Below are positions 24,402 through 38,531 of a stretch of DNA of 64,000 bases, piece after piece. How positions within the stretch are numbered: position 1 is the stretch's first letter; each line of letters begins with the position of its first letter. The translations under genes and the position numbers were made by a program. The stretch is from assembly GCA_000182565.2 (NCBI GenBank), contig KQ257463.1; one strand, given 5' to 3'. The notes under the pieces are model-generated. The model worked only from the letters and a program-made list of their open reading frames with translations, was not told the origin of the DNA and ran no database searches. This DNA is from Spizellomyces punctatus DAOM BR117 (taxonomy: Eukaryota).

Positions 24402-26702
24402 CTAGTGCCCGTGAGGATCACCTTCCTGCTGCTCAGGCTCAATCTTAATCATATCACTACACAAACAAAAAAGTCAATCAGCAACGAAAGGCAAGAAAAC
24501 TGTCTACCAAGCCAAACACTCACTCTATCCGCAACAAGGCAATAGCAGCTTCCGTGGCCGCTTTCAAAGACTTTAGCTTGGACATGGCAGGCTCCAGTAC
24601 ACCCGCCTTCAAATTATCACGAGGAACTCCCTTGATGAGATCCAATCCGTACCTAAAACCCGACAGTTACAGTCTGCAACAAACTCAGGGTCTCTTATTG
24701 AAAATCGTACCATTTTAGCGCCTTTTTCGAATTGTCCCCGCCAGCGTTTTGGGCGGCATTGTGGAACGCACGAAGTTTTGCAACCAAATCAGTCGAATCC
24801 TTGGCCGCATTCACAGCCAACGTCTTCGGAATGACCAGCAACGCGTTGGCGTATTCCGCAATGGCAAGCTGCTCACGGGATCCCTGTGAATGAATTCTAT
24901 CAGCAACTGATTCAAAGTCTGGAAACACGCAAACCAAGAACACAAACCAAAGTTGTTGCAAAATTCTCCAAGTAGATCGACAAAGCACTCTCGACAGCTC
25001 CACCACCGGGCACAACAGCATTGCTCTCCAAGGTCCGCTTGACAGCGCACAAGCAATCATGTACAGATCGCTCCATCTCATCCAACATGTAATCATTAGC
25101 ACCCCGCAAAATGATGGAGGCTGAAGAATGGGCCTTGGTTCCCTTGACTAGAATGCATTCGTCATCGGAGATGCGCTCTTGGACCACCTCCTCGGCTTGA
25201 CCGAGGTACGAAGCCTCAAAGGTCTCTTCACCTTCCAGGTTAGCCAAAGTGGACACCAAGGTAGCTATGGAAGAGGACATTGAGTGTGACGAGTCACAGA
25301 ATGTTACATGTAAAAGGTTAGCACACACACCTCCGGTAGCCTTGGCAATCCGCTTCAAATCCTCCTTCTTGCAACGTCGTACCGCCATGGCACCAGCCTC
25401 CACAAACAGCTTCAAGCAAAGATCGTCAATTCCCTTGGTTGTCAATACAACGTTGGCACCAGTGGCAAGAATCTTCTTGATGCGCTCGGTCGTAATCTCA
25501 ATTTCCCTGGGCAAGAATAAATTGAGCCGCCGTACACAATTATATAGAAATACACCAGTACCAACCTTCGGCGAATGTCCTCCAGTTTGTCTGGGTCGTC
25601 AATTACAATGTTGACACCGAGGTGCATGCGTGCTTTTTGAAGGTTGATATCGAGACAGGCAATCTTGGCGTTTGTGATTCTTGTCTTCAACGCTATTCAA
25701 GGGCGGAAGTAAATAAGTTTGTGACACTCGTGGGTTTACCGCATACACGATTTACGCACCTTGGGAAGCAACAGTGCAGTTCAACGCATATCCCTTCACC
25801 AGAGTACTCTCGCGGACACCCCTTCCGTGGGCCTTGAGGATGTTAACAGCTTTGATGGGGTATTTAGCCTCGCCTTTCGCGTTCACTGTCTTCACGGCTG
25901 TGATACCGTCCACAACCAAGTCTGCAAAAAAGTCATCGTCCCTATAGTATATGATGGAATTAGTTGGCCATGCATTACCAGTTATTGACACCAGAAAGAC
26001 AGGATACATACGATCCAATAATCTTTGACGACATTGACGTCTTGGCAACATTGATCAAGCACTCCCGTCCCAAGCTCTCCACCTTTGTCGTCATCTGGTC
26101 CACAATAAACTTTACAGCCTCCTTGCTCGCCAAACGGTATCCCGTGATAATCGTTGTTGGATGTATCTTGTTTTTTACGAGCTCGTTGGCCCGTCGCAAG
26201 AGCTCTGCTGCGATGATGACAACTGAAGTCGTACCGTCGCCGACTTCCTTGTCTTGCTGCTGAGCGAGTTCAACAAGGACGCGCGCAGCCGGGTGTTCGA
26301 CCTCGAGGAGTCGGAGAATGGTTGCTCCGTCGTTGGAAATTGTGACATCCTGGTAAATGTTGCGTTAAATAAAGTATCACACTGCTTTGCATTCACCATA
26401 TCCGTACCCCAATATCATCCACAAGCATTTTATCCAAACCAACAGGTCCCAAAGAACTCTTGACGATATTCGCGATAGCCAGCGCTGACAACACTGCGCG
26501 GACCATGTCATTAGTATCCTAGTCGTCTTGCGCAGAAAAGAAGAACATGGCGACAAACCGTACCATTCTGCTGCCTCACATCGGCTCCAGATGTTCTTTG
26601 ACCTATAAAATGAGTCGTGTCAATATCATTAATGATCAATCCGCACACCATCCATCACGCATTACCTCCGATAGGAAGAGGGTTGGACCTATTGCTAGAC
26701 AT
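24402..26702 (-). CDS. CCT1: Chaperonin CCT/TRiC subunit alpha (multi-exon)
   Basis: [69 protein letters not shown]. Confidence 0.97.
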
Positions 26703-27663
26703 GTTCCAATTACGCAGTTACAGGGAAAGCCAACAATAATTCTGCTTCAAAAACAACCAAAGACAAGGGAGAAAAAATCGAAAAGGCGAATCGGTGATCT
26801 CGCGTGAAGGGAGGGTTGGTGCGTTTTGCAATGCGTTTCTTGATCTTCTAAATTAGACGTGTGCCCTTTTGCTGGACACACTTTCGGACACCTGTTGCCA
26901 TGGACAACGTACCATCGTCCTTGAACAAGTGAATGAGAAATGGCAACCAGACCGCTCACAATTCGATACGGACCCTTCTATCATGCTACATGGGGCAGAT
27001 ATAACAAGCACGGAAACGCATGTCCGTCTGCCGGGCGCATTCTATTTATGAAAAAAAATAACAGCTCAATCGCACGGCAGGTTTTTGAGTGACATGCCTA
27101 GTGAGATCACGTTGCACCATGTAGACTGACAGACATCTTATCGGCCATGGAAGTGTGCTTTCCTGGTCCACATTCATATGACATGGTCGTATCAGGACGA
27201 CAAGGCCAACCCAATTTGTTACATTCTATGCATCCTGCCTCTGATGGTTCATTCCCACCCAGCGAGTGAACATGGACCTCAGAACTGAACATGGACCTTA
27301 GAACCCGTTCCGAATCACATCAAACACACCCCGCGGTCCTTTAAGCACTTGATGTGATCCATAGCGGCTGAGTCTAGAGTTCTTTCATGCGTGCCCAAAA
27401 ACGACAAAAGGACAACGATGATCGGGTGAATCTTCTTCCAAACAAAATTCAAGATCCTCACTAGATACACGGATAGTGTGCAAGCAATAGAAATTGTCAG
27501 TATCCATCACATACGGAATTCTAGTCGGAAATGTATTATTCAATGTGTAATTTGGCCAGTACGTTCAATTTCCGATGACTGTGTTCTACAAGCCTCAGGC
27601 GCAGCCAAGTGGCGCAGAATATGTCTGCTCGAACTTGCAGCAAAATACAGCGATATATGCAAG

Positions 27664-29380
27664 ATGGAACCCATGACGGATCGCGACGAGATATTCGAGC
27701 GGTTTAACCCGTATGCGACAGCGGCTGCTACAATACAGGCTGGAGATGATACAGGGCTGTTTGTACCAGAGTGGGACGGGAACTTTGATGAGGAGGGTCA
27801 TGAGGGCTATACTGGAAAGGAATTTGGTAGATCTTCCGCTGTTTATGGATTCGCGTTGTGGATGCTTGCAGCTAACTCTTTTGGTTTGAAATGTTTTAGT
27901 TGTATATGCTGCAGTGCAGGTGAGGAACGGAATGGATCCGACGATTACTAGGTTGCCTAAACATGATCTCATTCTACGTTTATAGTTTATAGCAAAAGCC
28001 CTAGCAAACCCTTTCGAGGTCGCCACCATTCTCCAACAAGTGCAGTTTCTCCCATCTGACAGTTACCTTGCCCGATATGGTTCCAGATCATGCGAAATAG
28101 AGGGGGACAGTAGCGATGTGCCTGATGCCGACCCAGTTGATGTACGATGCGGTGATTTCATATCTGCGATCGTATATTGACTCGGATATCTGTATAGGCT
28201 TCCGAAGACGAATCAGATGACAGTGTGAATGCGTACGCTTTTCATGCTGAAAATGGGGGACGATCGTTTTCGTCTGATGCGAAGAGTGCTGAGACCGCTG
28301 TTGCGGATGCGTCGGGGTACCTGATGAAGGCGGGACATAACGAAGATGAACCCACCCGCCCTCCGTATCAGCTTCCGCCGCTGGAGGGATCGACGTTGGC
28401 GACTGTGGGAGAAATATTGGCGTCAAATAGTGAGGGATTGCCTTCTTTGTGGAAAGGTATGTCCATTGAAGACGAAACTCTCTATGGGCATCTGGCTAAG
28501 TTTGCGTATCATAGGACAAATCCCATCATGGCTACACGAAACCAGCCACTCTGTTCTCCAACCCAGCATAGAAGGCAACCTAACCGAATTTATCCGCGAG
28601 CACGAGCCCTTCTCCATCACTGACGTTGACGACATTCTCCCTTCTCTCGCCACCAAAGTCGCAAGTCACGCTGTATCCTCGTTTATTCTATCTCCACTTG
28701 ATCTTGTTCGCACTAGGTACGCTTATAACCTGTTCATACTCTTGACTCCCACCAACTCACATTTGTCTTCTAGACTCGTGGTGCAAACATCAAATCCGTA
28801 TCACCGAAAATATAAGGGCACCCTCCACGCATTCCGTACCATTATATCCGAAGAAGGTTTCGTCTCTTTATACGCCGGTCGCCACCTCATCCCAACTCTC
28901 CTCCATCAAACCCTCAAACCGCTATTTCACTACTCATCAGCCTTCGTTATCGAAAACGTCCTCAACATCTCGTCGGAAATGAGTCCCTTGTTGTACGCAC
29001 TCGCTGAACTCGGACTGAAAGCCGTGGAACTGGTGGTCATGCTCCCTCTTGAGACAGTGCGGAGACGGTTGCAGTGTCAGGTGATAACCCGTGTCCCAGG
29101 AGATACATTCGAGGGGTGTGTGGAGCAAAATCCGATTCCGTATACCGGTTTGGTGGATTGCGCTGGGAGAATTGTGCTCGAGGAAGGGGGAGTGCGGACG
29201 CGTGCGAAAGGGAGACGAAGAAGGAAGAGGAGAAAGGGTCAGCCTGTGACCTGGTGGGGTAGCTGGGGCGTTTCGGGGCTATATCGGGGCTTTAGAATGA
29301 GAATGGTGTCGGCAGTTGTGTTGATGGTTGTTAATACGGTAGCGGATATGCTCGATGTGCCAGAGGATGGGATGGCGTAA
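27664..29380 (+). CDS. UGO1: Mitochondrial outer-membrane fusion protein Ugo1 / SLC25A46-like (mitochondrial-carrier fold)
   Basis: ALANPFEVATILQQVQ, DASGYL..TRPPYQL, SLWKG|QIP, SPLDLVRT|RLVVQ, LPLETVRRRLQCQ, GLYRGF. Confidence 0.88.
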
Positions 29381-29613
29381 TTTATCTGGGTGGTTTGTCC
29401 GTGATTCTCATTTCTCTTTAACTTCCATACATTCATGTAATAAGATTTATTCACACGTCTTCAGCACAAGCCACCACAACAGACATGGTCATTGTTTCTT
29501 GACGATTGCAAGCATTAACATCGATAAGGTTGTAGAGAAAGAGATCGCCATGTGAATAAACTTTTACTCTGCTTTCATTGTATCCAAAAAAATTATCCTA
29601 ATCACATAACAAG

Positions 29614-32566
29614 TTATCCTGTCGGATTCACATCCGTGCATTTGATCGAAAAGTAATCCTCAGGTTCTGATTCCATATCATTTATCATGGGACTCGACAA
29701 GGTCTCCCTAACACTTCTCTTCCCAAACTCCTCCACCACGTTCGGCAAACTGTGCGCCATGGAGGAGTTGCCCGCCAAGGGAGGTGCTGTAGGTGGACCC
29801 ATCAAGCGGACATCGAAATCGGGACCCTGGGATTCAGACACTATTGCGAGGCGTGCATCCATGAAGCGCCGTATTCGGAGGCGGTACAGCATGTCGTCCA
29901 GGCAGAGTTCGATTTTGCAACGGTTTCGTAGGAGGGAAATCTCTAATGTATATTATAGGACGGTAAATGGTATTGAATCTCAACTCTATTGGCGGTGTCT
30001 AAATGGAAACTTACGCGGCCACGTCGCTCGTTCTCCGAGGTTACTGCAATAGATCATCATTTCCGGGTCTATACAATCCTTGAATCAGTCCACCAAAATA
30101 AATCACCCTTATCAGCCGCAAAAACTGAGCATCATACCCGGATTTCCAAGAATTCGCGTGAAATCCGCCATACGAACGCTTGGGACGATGGTAATATCTC
30201 CGTAATACCGCTGACTTAAAATTGTTCGGACCCGGTATATGGTTGGAGAGGACACTCCCAGTTCTGACAGCTGCCTCTCAGAGGTCAATCCCACGAACTG
30301 TTGAGATATTGCTCAGTAGGACTGTCGGACTCACCTGTGTCAGTCGATGATGAACCTCTGAGCGGACTAGGAATGCCATACTGTTGATGGCTCGTGTCAA
30401 CATGGATGGGGAAGGAGTATTGTGCATAAATGGGAGGACATGAGGGTTCACTGTCGGGGTGTCAGTTCCAGAGTAATGGGAAATACCGGGAAACATGCAC
30501 TTGCCTTGACACACGATAAAGTGGTTTACGTTGAACATTTCGGATATTCGTGTCATGGGTAGATCACTAGATTGAAAATGAAAGTTAGGCGCCAGCTGGA
30601 AAAGCACATTGGAATGCAACTACATACCCTTCCACTAGAATATACGCCCATTAAGTTCAATCATATGTTACTGTACGTTTTCTAGCTCCACCATCGATCT
30701 CCTCTCCGCGAGATGCTCACCTGATCCATCGATCCATCGATGCCCTAATGACGAGATTTCCCGTATGAATATCAAGAGAAGTCATTCGAGAACAAAAGAC
30801 GAATTGCTTACCTGACGGATTCCAGGGAACAAAACCTGACTTCTTTTTCGCAATGAGGGGACAAGAATTAAATACAAAAGGAACTGCACATGATGCAGCA
30901 CTGGGTGATATACGAGTCAGGACCACAAGTAGTTCGAGTCAATAGGGCCAACGGATATGCCATATCTGAACTTACACAGCTGACCAAATGACCTATGAAC
31001 CTGGTCAGCGCTAGTTAGGCAATGAACGAAATACAGAGCACATACCACATTGGGTGCAGTCAAGTAATTGAGAAGCCTTGGCATCTCATATACAGTCGAC
31101 GAGCTGACAGTGATGTTCAAAATACGTCGGGTTCTATTGAACGCTTCCTATGATTCGTTTAATTATTTAAGTATCACATCGTGAAAACAAGCGGACATGG
31201 GGAAAGTCCAACCTGAAAGGTGACATCTCCGATATTTTCTCGCATCGTATGAGAGAATGTGTCTACATCGTATAGGTATCCTGCGCGTGACGGAGACATC
31301 AGTCATTAGATACCCATTTTCCTGGGGAGACGCAGATACCTGCCCATAAACTGCATCATCACCATCTTTCCAGAACCTCCGCATTTTTGCCAAGAAGGTT
31401 GATTCTTCTCCGGGTCTCTCAAAGAAGTTCTATAAGAGAATCGTAAGAAATCCACCATGTAGCGAGTCACGTCATTTTACGGTCCTACCATATTAACGTT
31501 TTTGGGATCGAGGAGTTGGGTCACTTCCTCGTCTGTTCGCGTACATACGCAAGCTGCAATAATGGATCCCCCAGAAGACCCGCTGATAACACGCGGAAGT
31601 AGATTTGCCTCGAAAAGGGTTTTGACCACACCAACGTGACAGAGCGCTGGAATGGATCATTAGGTAGTTTCGTATGTAAACATGCATGCATAATCGTAAC
31701 CTTGAAAGCTCTCCCAAACTTACCCAAGGCGCCACCTCCACTTAGACATAGTGCAGTTCTTCCGTATGCCCTTTGCGTTTGGGTGAAAAAGTCGTATTTG
31801 GCTTTTAGCGTGATCTGAGGAGACTCCTCCTCGCAAATGAAATGAAGTTGTCGTATGACTTCGTCGATATAGTCTTCAATTAATCTCTTCGTTCCAACGT
31901 GCGTGATCCCATAAAGCTGTTGCCGTGCCTTTGTCAATATCTCACTCTGCACTACGAAGATCCGTTCATGGACGTACCCGTGGGTTTCCAGCATCTCCAA
32001 GATTTCTACTTAGTGACGTTCGCAACATAAACATCATGGAGGACATATTGCCAGACTCTCGCGCTTTTTTCAATTGGGCCAATCGATCTTGCAAAAGCTC
32101 ATAATCATAGTCAGGGGATACCTGAATGACACACGTGAGCATCGCTTCATAAATCATAGTCAGATGGGCTCCTTACGGGATCATTTTTCCACTTGTCCTT
32201 TCCAGTCAACTTGTCTAACATGCCTCCCGCTGCGGCCCATTGCTCATAATTTGTGGCAACTTCCATAAGATGTTGATAGTACGCTCGTAGATCTCTCCGA
32301 AGCAGAAATCCATAAATCTCCTCGGACCAGTATGAGGCAACCTCAGATAGCACGGAGTAGGCACCAAAGTTGAGGTATCGATGGACAAACGACAGAGGCA
32401 TTCCAGGGCAAGTCTTTGGTGCTGCCCCATCTGCATCGCCAACTTCCTCCGGGTCGCTTTCATCGTCTCCTGGACTTTCAGCTTCATCGTCCTCCGGAGA
32501 ACCTCCAGAATTTCCAGTAGGCATTTGCTTATCCCTGCCGTTGGAAGGCCCCGAAACGCTAGCCAT
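29614..32566 (-). CDS. Patatin-domain triacylglycerol lipase (Tgl3/4/5, SDP1-like; DUF3336 + patatin), multi-exon
   Basis: YGRTALCLSGGG, RVISGSSGGS (GxSxG), LLNYLTAPNV, RWIDGS, SEMFNVNHFIVCQ, YYGDITIVP. Confidence 0.93.
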
Positions 32567-33416
32567 GGTGCTTGCAATGGCGGTGGATGGAGTGTGGGAA
32601 ACGAGTTGGGTTGACGTGATGGAAAGATCGCAAGCCTGCGATAAGGTCAGCATATTGTCACGTGCTATTAAATCTCAACGTTACACATAGATCCAACCGG
32701 AAATAAACAAATCACAGAGTAGCCGATCGTCTCATTTTTCCAAGTGTTCCTTCTCTAAATAAATGATATGAATAACCAAACGCTGCCAATCTTGAAAAAT
32801 GGACGAGTGTCCTGCTGACACTCTTCACGCCTTCATCTGGCGTCACCAAATATGCAGCAAATGAGAAAACCTCATCCCGCAGTCGACCTGATTGATCTCA
32901 GCATATCCGGTTATGATCTCAATAGTCTGGATGCGTCCTACATGGCTGATGGGAGAGGACTTTCCATGACTCATTGTCAGAGAGGAGCAGAATTATTTTC
33001 CTCGGAAAATATATACAAAACGTTGTTGAAATACTGTACTTGGTGCTGTTCCTAATGAATTGCAATTGCAATCAGAAGACTGCAATCAAGTAAGATACTT
33101 AGATGATGCGTCCCTCTTTACTTTTGGGCTTTCTGCTCTCCGGCAAGCTCCTTCTCCGTTTTACTAACATGTAAGTGTAAAGATTTTAGTAGTACTGTTT
33201 CAGTAGGATATGAGTAAAGAAGAAAGAAGCCAACAATAGCCTGGGACGGGATAGCATAGGCCACCATCCGACGGTCTTTCGCCAGCAGGACACCATTCCA
33301 TCAGGCTTTGAATGGAGATCGCTCAGGAAGACAATGTGGTTCGATCCTAAATGTGCCAACGTCGATCATCACCTGAATTCCGGCCTTTGAACGGAGGACT
33401 GCAATCTGTTGAGATC

Positions 33417-36400
33417 ATGATGTCCTTTCAGGTTGACGGTTTAACGGTAGTTCTCGCGTCGGCAGTTGGTAATTTGTTGTATTATGGGAATGGCCGGTTG
33501 GCGAGACTGGGTACTCCTAACACTTTGTGCGGTTTCCTTCTAGTCCTTGTCGGCGCGCTTCTGGCCAGCAGGAAAGGGCCCGACTTCCACCCTGCAACTT
33601 TCCGAGAGCAATCTCACGTAGGCAATATGTTGCCATAGTCCATGTCGTACTTATTACTTAGCAGGCTGATATTTAGCGAAGTAAAACTCGAAACAAGGGT
33701 GAAAGTGCCATTTTACGGAACCCAATCACCCCTCATGGAAGCCCTCTTCTGGCTTCGTTTTCCACGAAAGTCAACACTGCGTATGACATGTTTTGGACTG
33801 CAGTGACTGAACATGGTTCCCGAAATTATATGGCTCAACGGGTTGCTGGGTCGTGGGTCTGGGAGACGTTCGCAGGAGGTACACTATGCAACATAATCGT
33901 CCAGACGCATGCACTTCGACCTTGTATTCAATGTATTGATGATTACAGTCGGGTCAAGAGCCAAGAACGTAGGTGCGGGCTTGATTCGTGTGACCGGGGT
34001 GGCACCTCTTGCAGGATCCGGGGATGGTGTTCCTACCTCTTCCCAGATGGTTGGCATCTTTCTGCCCAACTCGCCTGGTATGTCCTGGATGTGATTGAAG
34101 TTATTTTACATGTTCTCTAAGTATTTAATTGCAGAATGGATCATTACCGACCATGGTATGACCTGTATCAGGAAATCGCTGCAGTGAACGATCTTGTCAA
34201 CCATGTTTCCTTCGCAGCATGTACTGCATACAATCTTGTTACGGTCCCATTGTATGATACCTTTGATCTTGCGTCCCTCGAGCATATCATCAATCAAACT
34301 GGGATGACGGTCATTGTATTGTCTGCAAAACACCTGAACAAAATATTCGATATTTCCGGAAAGTGTCATGCTCTGAAGGTAAGTTGGTTTCTTCTCGACC
34401 TCGCACCCGCGAGACGTATCACAACTTTTTCCTCGTAGTATGTTGTCGTCGTTGACTTGCAGAACGTGCCTGCAGATGTACAACAGCGTGCTGACGCTGT
34501 GAAAGTTAATGTCACGACACTTCAGGCTGTGGAGCAGTACGTAGATGTCACCGAGCTTTAACGAGGCCACACTTTTAACTTGCAACGGAAGGTCCGGTAA
34601 AGCGAATCCGCGAGAGCCCGTCCCGCCAAAGCCTGCAGATGTTTTCACGGTAAATTTGCTTTGGTTGTACATGCGGTCAAATGAGTGGTCTTATCGTAGA
34701 CACGATTCCTCAGATTTGCTACACATCCGGAACAACTGGGCGTAAGTCGAGGTCAGCTCGCTATTGCAGTCGCCGAATAACCGATAACGCCCCGTAAAGT
34801 CCCCAAAGGTGCGATGATCACCCATAGGAATGTAGTGGTGCGCATCAGCCAGGCACTTTTCAGTCCTTTCGGTCCATGTAATAACATGTTCTATAGGCAG
34901 CTGGCGCTGGCATGTGTGCTACGCTACCGAACGCATACAAACTAAACAAGAGTGACCGACATCTCTCATATGTGCGTCCCACCTTGAGTTTAGATTTTTG
35001 AGGACTTTGGCTGATTTAAGATTCTGTAGCTACCCTTGAGTCACATGTTCGAACGTATTGTTTTTCATACCTTGACGCATCTGTATGATCTGATCCCCGG
35101 GCAGCTGTATGTACTGAGGGCAAGTATACTAAATCGTGTTCTCTTAGCGGTTGCGAGATCGGATTCTTCTCGGGCGACATCACCAAACTATTCGATGATA
35201 TCCAAACATTCCAGCCGACCCTGTTTCCCACCGTTCCTAGGCTTTTGGGCCGTCTATATGACAAAGTCAGTGGTACCATTGAACAGTCGGGATTGGTCAA
35301 GAAGTCCGTATTTAATTTGGCATATGGAGCAAAACGACGTCTGCTACAAAGCGGCAGGTATGACAGATTTTGTACGCATCTCTATGTCCCAGGAGAATAA
35401 GCTTTCCGCCGTGTTACGCCTAAGAGTGACGAAGGACTCGATTTGGGATCGCCTTGTTTTCGGCAAAATCCAAGCTCGCATTGGCGGACGGGTGCGAACA
35501 ATGGTGGGTGTTTGAATATCTTTGAAAAGACTTCACCCTCGGCACTGATAAAGCAAATTGGTCATCATAGTTGACAGGTGCTGCCCCAATTTCTCCCGAT
35601 GTTATCGAATTTGTGAGGATTGTGATGGGTTGTCAAGTTTTGGAAGGATATGGCCAAACTGAATCGACCGCGGCGGGTACGTGAATTTAGTTTGTCATGC
35701 ACATGCAAAGTGATTAAGTACTATGAACCAGGATGCGTCACGCGCGTTGGAGACTATCAGTTCCCGTTCGGATCCCATGTTGGTGGGTTTAGTGTAACTG
35801 CGATGTCCCGTTCGGAGTCCATTTCTGATATTTGGGTTATAGGTGTTCCCTTCCCGTCCGTGGAAGTTAAACTCGTCGATGTACCGTCTATGGAATACTA
35901 CGCCACAGACAAGCCGAATCCAAGAGGAGAGGTGGGGCTCATTTGGGTGGTCTGCTCGCTGAATTACCAAACTATTGCTAATGGAAGCTGTTAATCAGAT
36001 CTGCTTCCGAGGTCCGCTAGTTATGAAGGGATACTTCAAGGAACCAAAGCTGACAGCAGTAAGCTGAGCTAGTCATTTCGCATAGCTGATAGTGCTCCTG
36101 GTAGACTGACTACCCCCCTGTAGGAAGCAATCGACTCTGATGGCTGGCTCCATACGGGCGACGTCGGAACGATCTTGCCGAATGGAACATTGAAAATCAT
36201 CGATAGAGTCAAGAACATCTTCAAACTATCTCAAGGGGTGGGTTGCAATTTCCGCCCCCCTTCTTCATGTCGAACTTTGACGAGCCGATTATGTTTGATA
36301 ATAGGAATATGTTGCACCCGAGAAAATCGAGCAGAAAATCAAGACAACGTGAGTAATCAAGTGCGATCAACACGTATCCTGGCTATTACTAACTGGTCGA

Positions 36401-36980
36401 ATGTTGCTGTTTCAGGTACATGGCCCAGGTAGATGTTCTATTTTTTGCAGAAGGGTGTGGTTATTATTTGAGCGGCCTGGATTAACTCATGCCTGTAGCT
36501 GTACGTTTACGGCGACTCGCTTCAATCAACGCTTGTTGTTATCGTGATCCCTGATCCGGAAGCTTTCCTTCCTTGGGCAAAAACGCAAGGTTTCGACGGA
36601 ACCCTTGAAGACGCATGCAACGATGAGCGGATCCGTAAGGCTGTATTGACCGATATAACGACAATTGGCAAGAAGGTACAATGCTGATGTCGTTGTGAAC
36701 ATCTGGACTTGGTTCTCATTTACATTGCAATTCGGTAGAGCGGTTTGCACACATTCGAAATTCCGAAAGCCCTCTACCTGACACCGGAAGCAATGACAGT
36801 GGAGAACAGTCTGTTGACGCCTACCTTCAAGACGAAGAGGTTTGTATGCGATTGATCTTTGCGGATATTGAGGTCAATTCTCAAAGAATTTCTCTTCGGA
36901 TGCACAGAAATGTTGCGCAAAAGTACTATGCATCGCAGATTGAGCAAATGTACAAGTCCTTGGCGTCTCAGAAGAAGTGA
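33417..36980 (+). CDS. Long-chain fatty acyl-CoA synthetase (ACSL/LACS type), many exons
   Basis: [75 protein letters not shown]. Confidence 0.95.
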
Positions 36981-37039
36981 ATATGATGGACCTTTCGGAC
37001 AGTTACATGTAACATTAAAAGAACAGCTTCCTATGGCCT

Positions 37040-37898
37040 TCATGTGACTACTTTTGAACGTCTTCCAGGGCGCTCTGCAGCGACAGCCATGGCTCCGCTT
37101 GATGAGCCTGTCCCTTGCACAGCCAACAGATCTGAAAGATCCAAGGACAGACCTTGTTGTTCCTATGTAGAAAGACGAACCAGATTCTTAATGGAACGGC
37201 ACTCATGGCAACGATATTAGATAAACTCACATTTTTGTAACTAAGAATGAGATCCTTGAACGCATTGAAGTCTGCTAGGCTGCTCAGAACATCAAAGACG
37301 TCACCGTCCAATTGTTCTGGTCGGTTCCTGACATGTACATGTGAGAATTTGATCGCATTGCATTGCGAAGTAGAATAGCACTTCGCCGTACTTTATCATG
37401 CCCATGAAATCCGCCATCGAGAAGCCCGGTAATCGGGATTTGAGTCGTTTTTCAATAAATTGTTCCAACTTGGACACCTGCTTGCAGGTAAGCTAAAGAC
37501 AAACTAGCTGCAATAAACATTGGTGATCATTGCACGTACGTATTGCTGAAACACGTCCATGTAAACAAGTTTGTTTTCCTCATCGTCTGTAAAGTGGTGG
37601 CAGTTTTCGGAAAGGAGGGATTCTTGGAGGGATATGAAATAGGGGTCTATACATATCCGATTGTTAACCAACTGCGCAGAAGCATTAGAGTGCTCTAAAT
37701 ACGAACCCATCAACATGTCTTCAAGCTCACCGACGATCGAATCAAAGGTAGCGTCTTGCGCGTTTGTTTCACTATAGTAAGCAAATCAAATCAGCATAGT
37801 GTGTCGCGGAAATTGCACAAGAGCCACTACCTGGCCAATACCATATCCTCTTCGAGGAACTGAATATTCTGGATCGGTTCTAGTGTTGGATTGTCCAT
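37040..37898 (-). CDS. ARL2BP: ARL2-binding protein / BART domain protein (multi-exon)
   Basis: DATFDSIVGELEDMLM|DPYF, FTDDEENKLVYMDVFQQY, DGDVFDVLSSLADFNAFKDLILSYK. Confidence 0.88.
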
Positions 37899-38531
37899 AA
37901 CAGCAAAGGTTAGGTTTGGCCGCAAAGTAACAGACGAGGATTCTGAACGCTGTATACCATTGTATTTTGCTGTTGCTGCCATTTTCTGCCGGCTGTTTCC
38001 AGTCTGGGTCAAAAAACTGTTGTGAAAGTACTTGGGAGCTGTTTTGAAGAAGCGTTGTTGCTTCTGGACGAGAAGACGCGTGTGGGGTAAGCACCCGCTA
38101 AGCCACATGCATCTCCTGCCACCATTTTTGGGGGATTTTGGAGACAGTTGACCTCATATCATCCAAGGCTGTTCGTCGTTATTATGTCCATGACTCTTCT
38201 TACAGGCGCTATAGTCTATCATAGTATCAAACCTCGAGAAGGAAGCGTAACAAAAGGCACAGCTACCGTTGTCGTCGTTCTTGTCAGTGATCCGTGTGTA
38301 TATGCGAGTGAGAAGAGATTCATGGTCAAGTCAGTGGAGACCTACGAGCTTTATAGCTCTATCAACTAGGCTCGTTTATCCTCTCTGATATCCTCAAGGA
38401 GGTCCGAACTAGCACATCGTCCACACTTACACTATGATTATGTAAGAACCTGAATTGTTTTTGCTGGAGGCTTAGCTTTGAGGTTTCATTTTTGAAAAGT
38501 TGGTGATCTTCATTTAACTACTGGATATATC

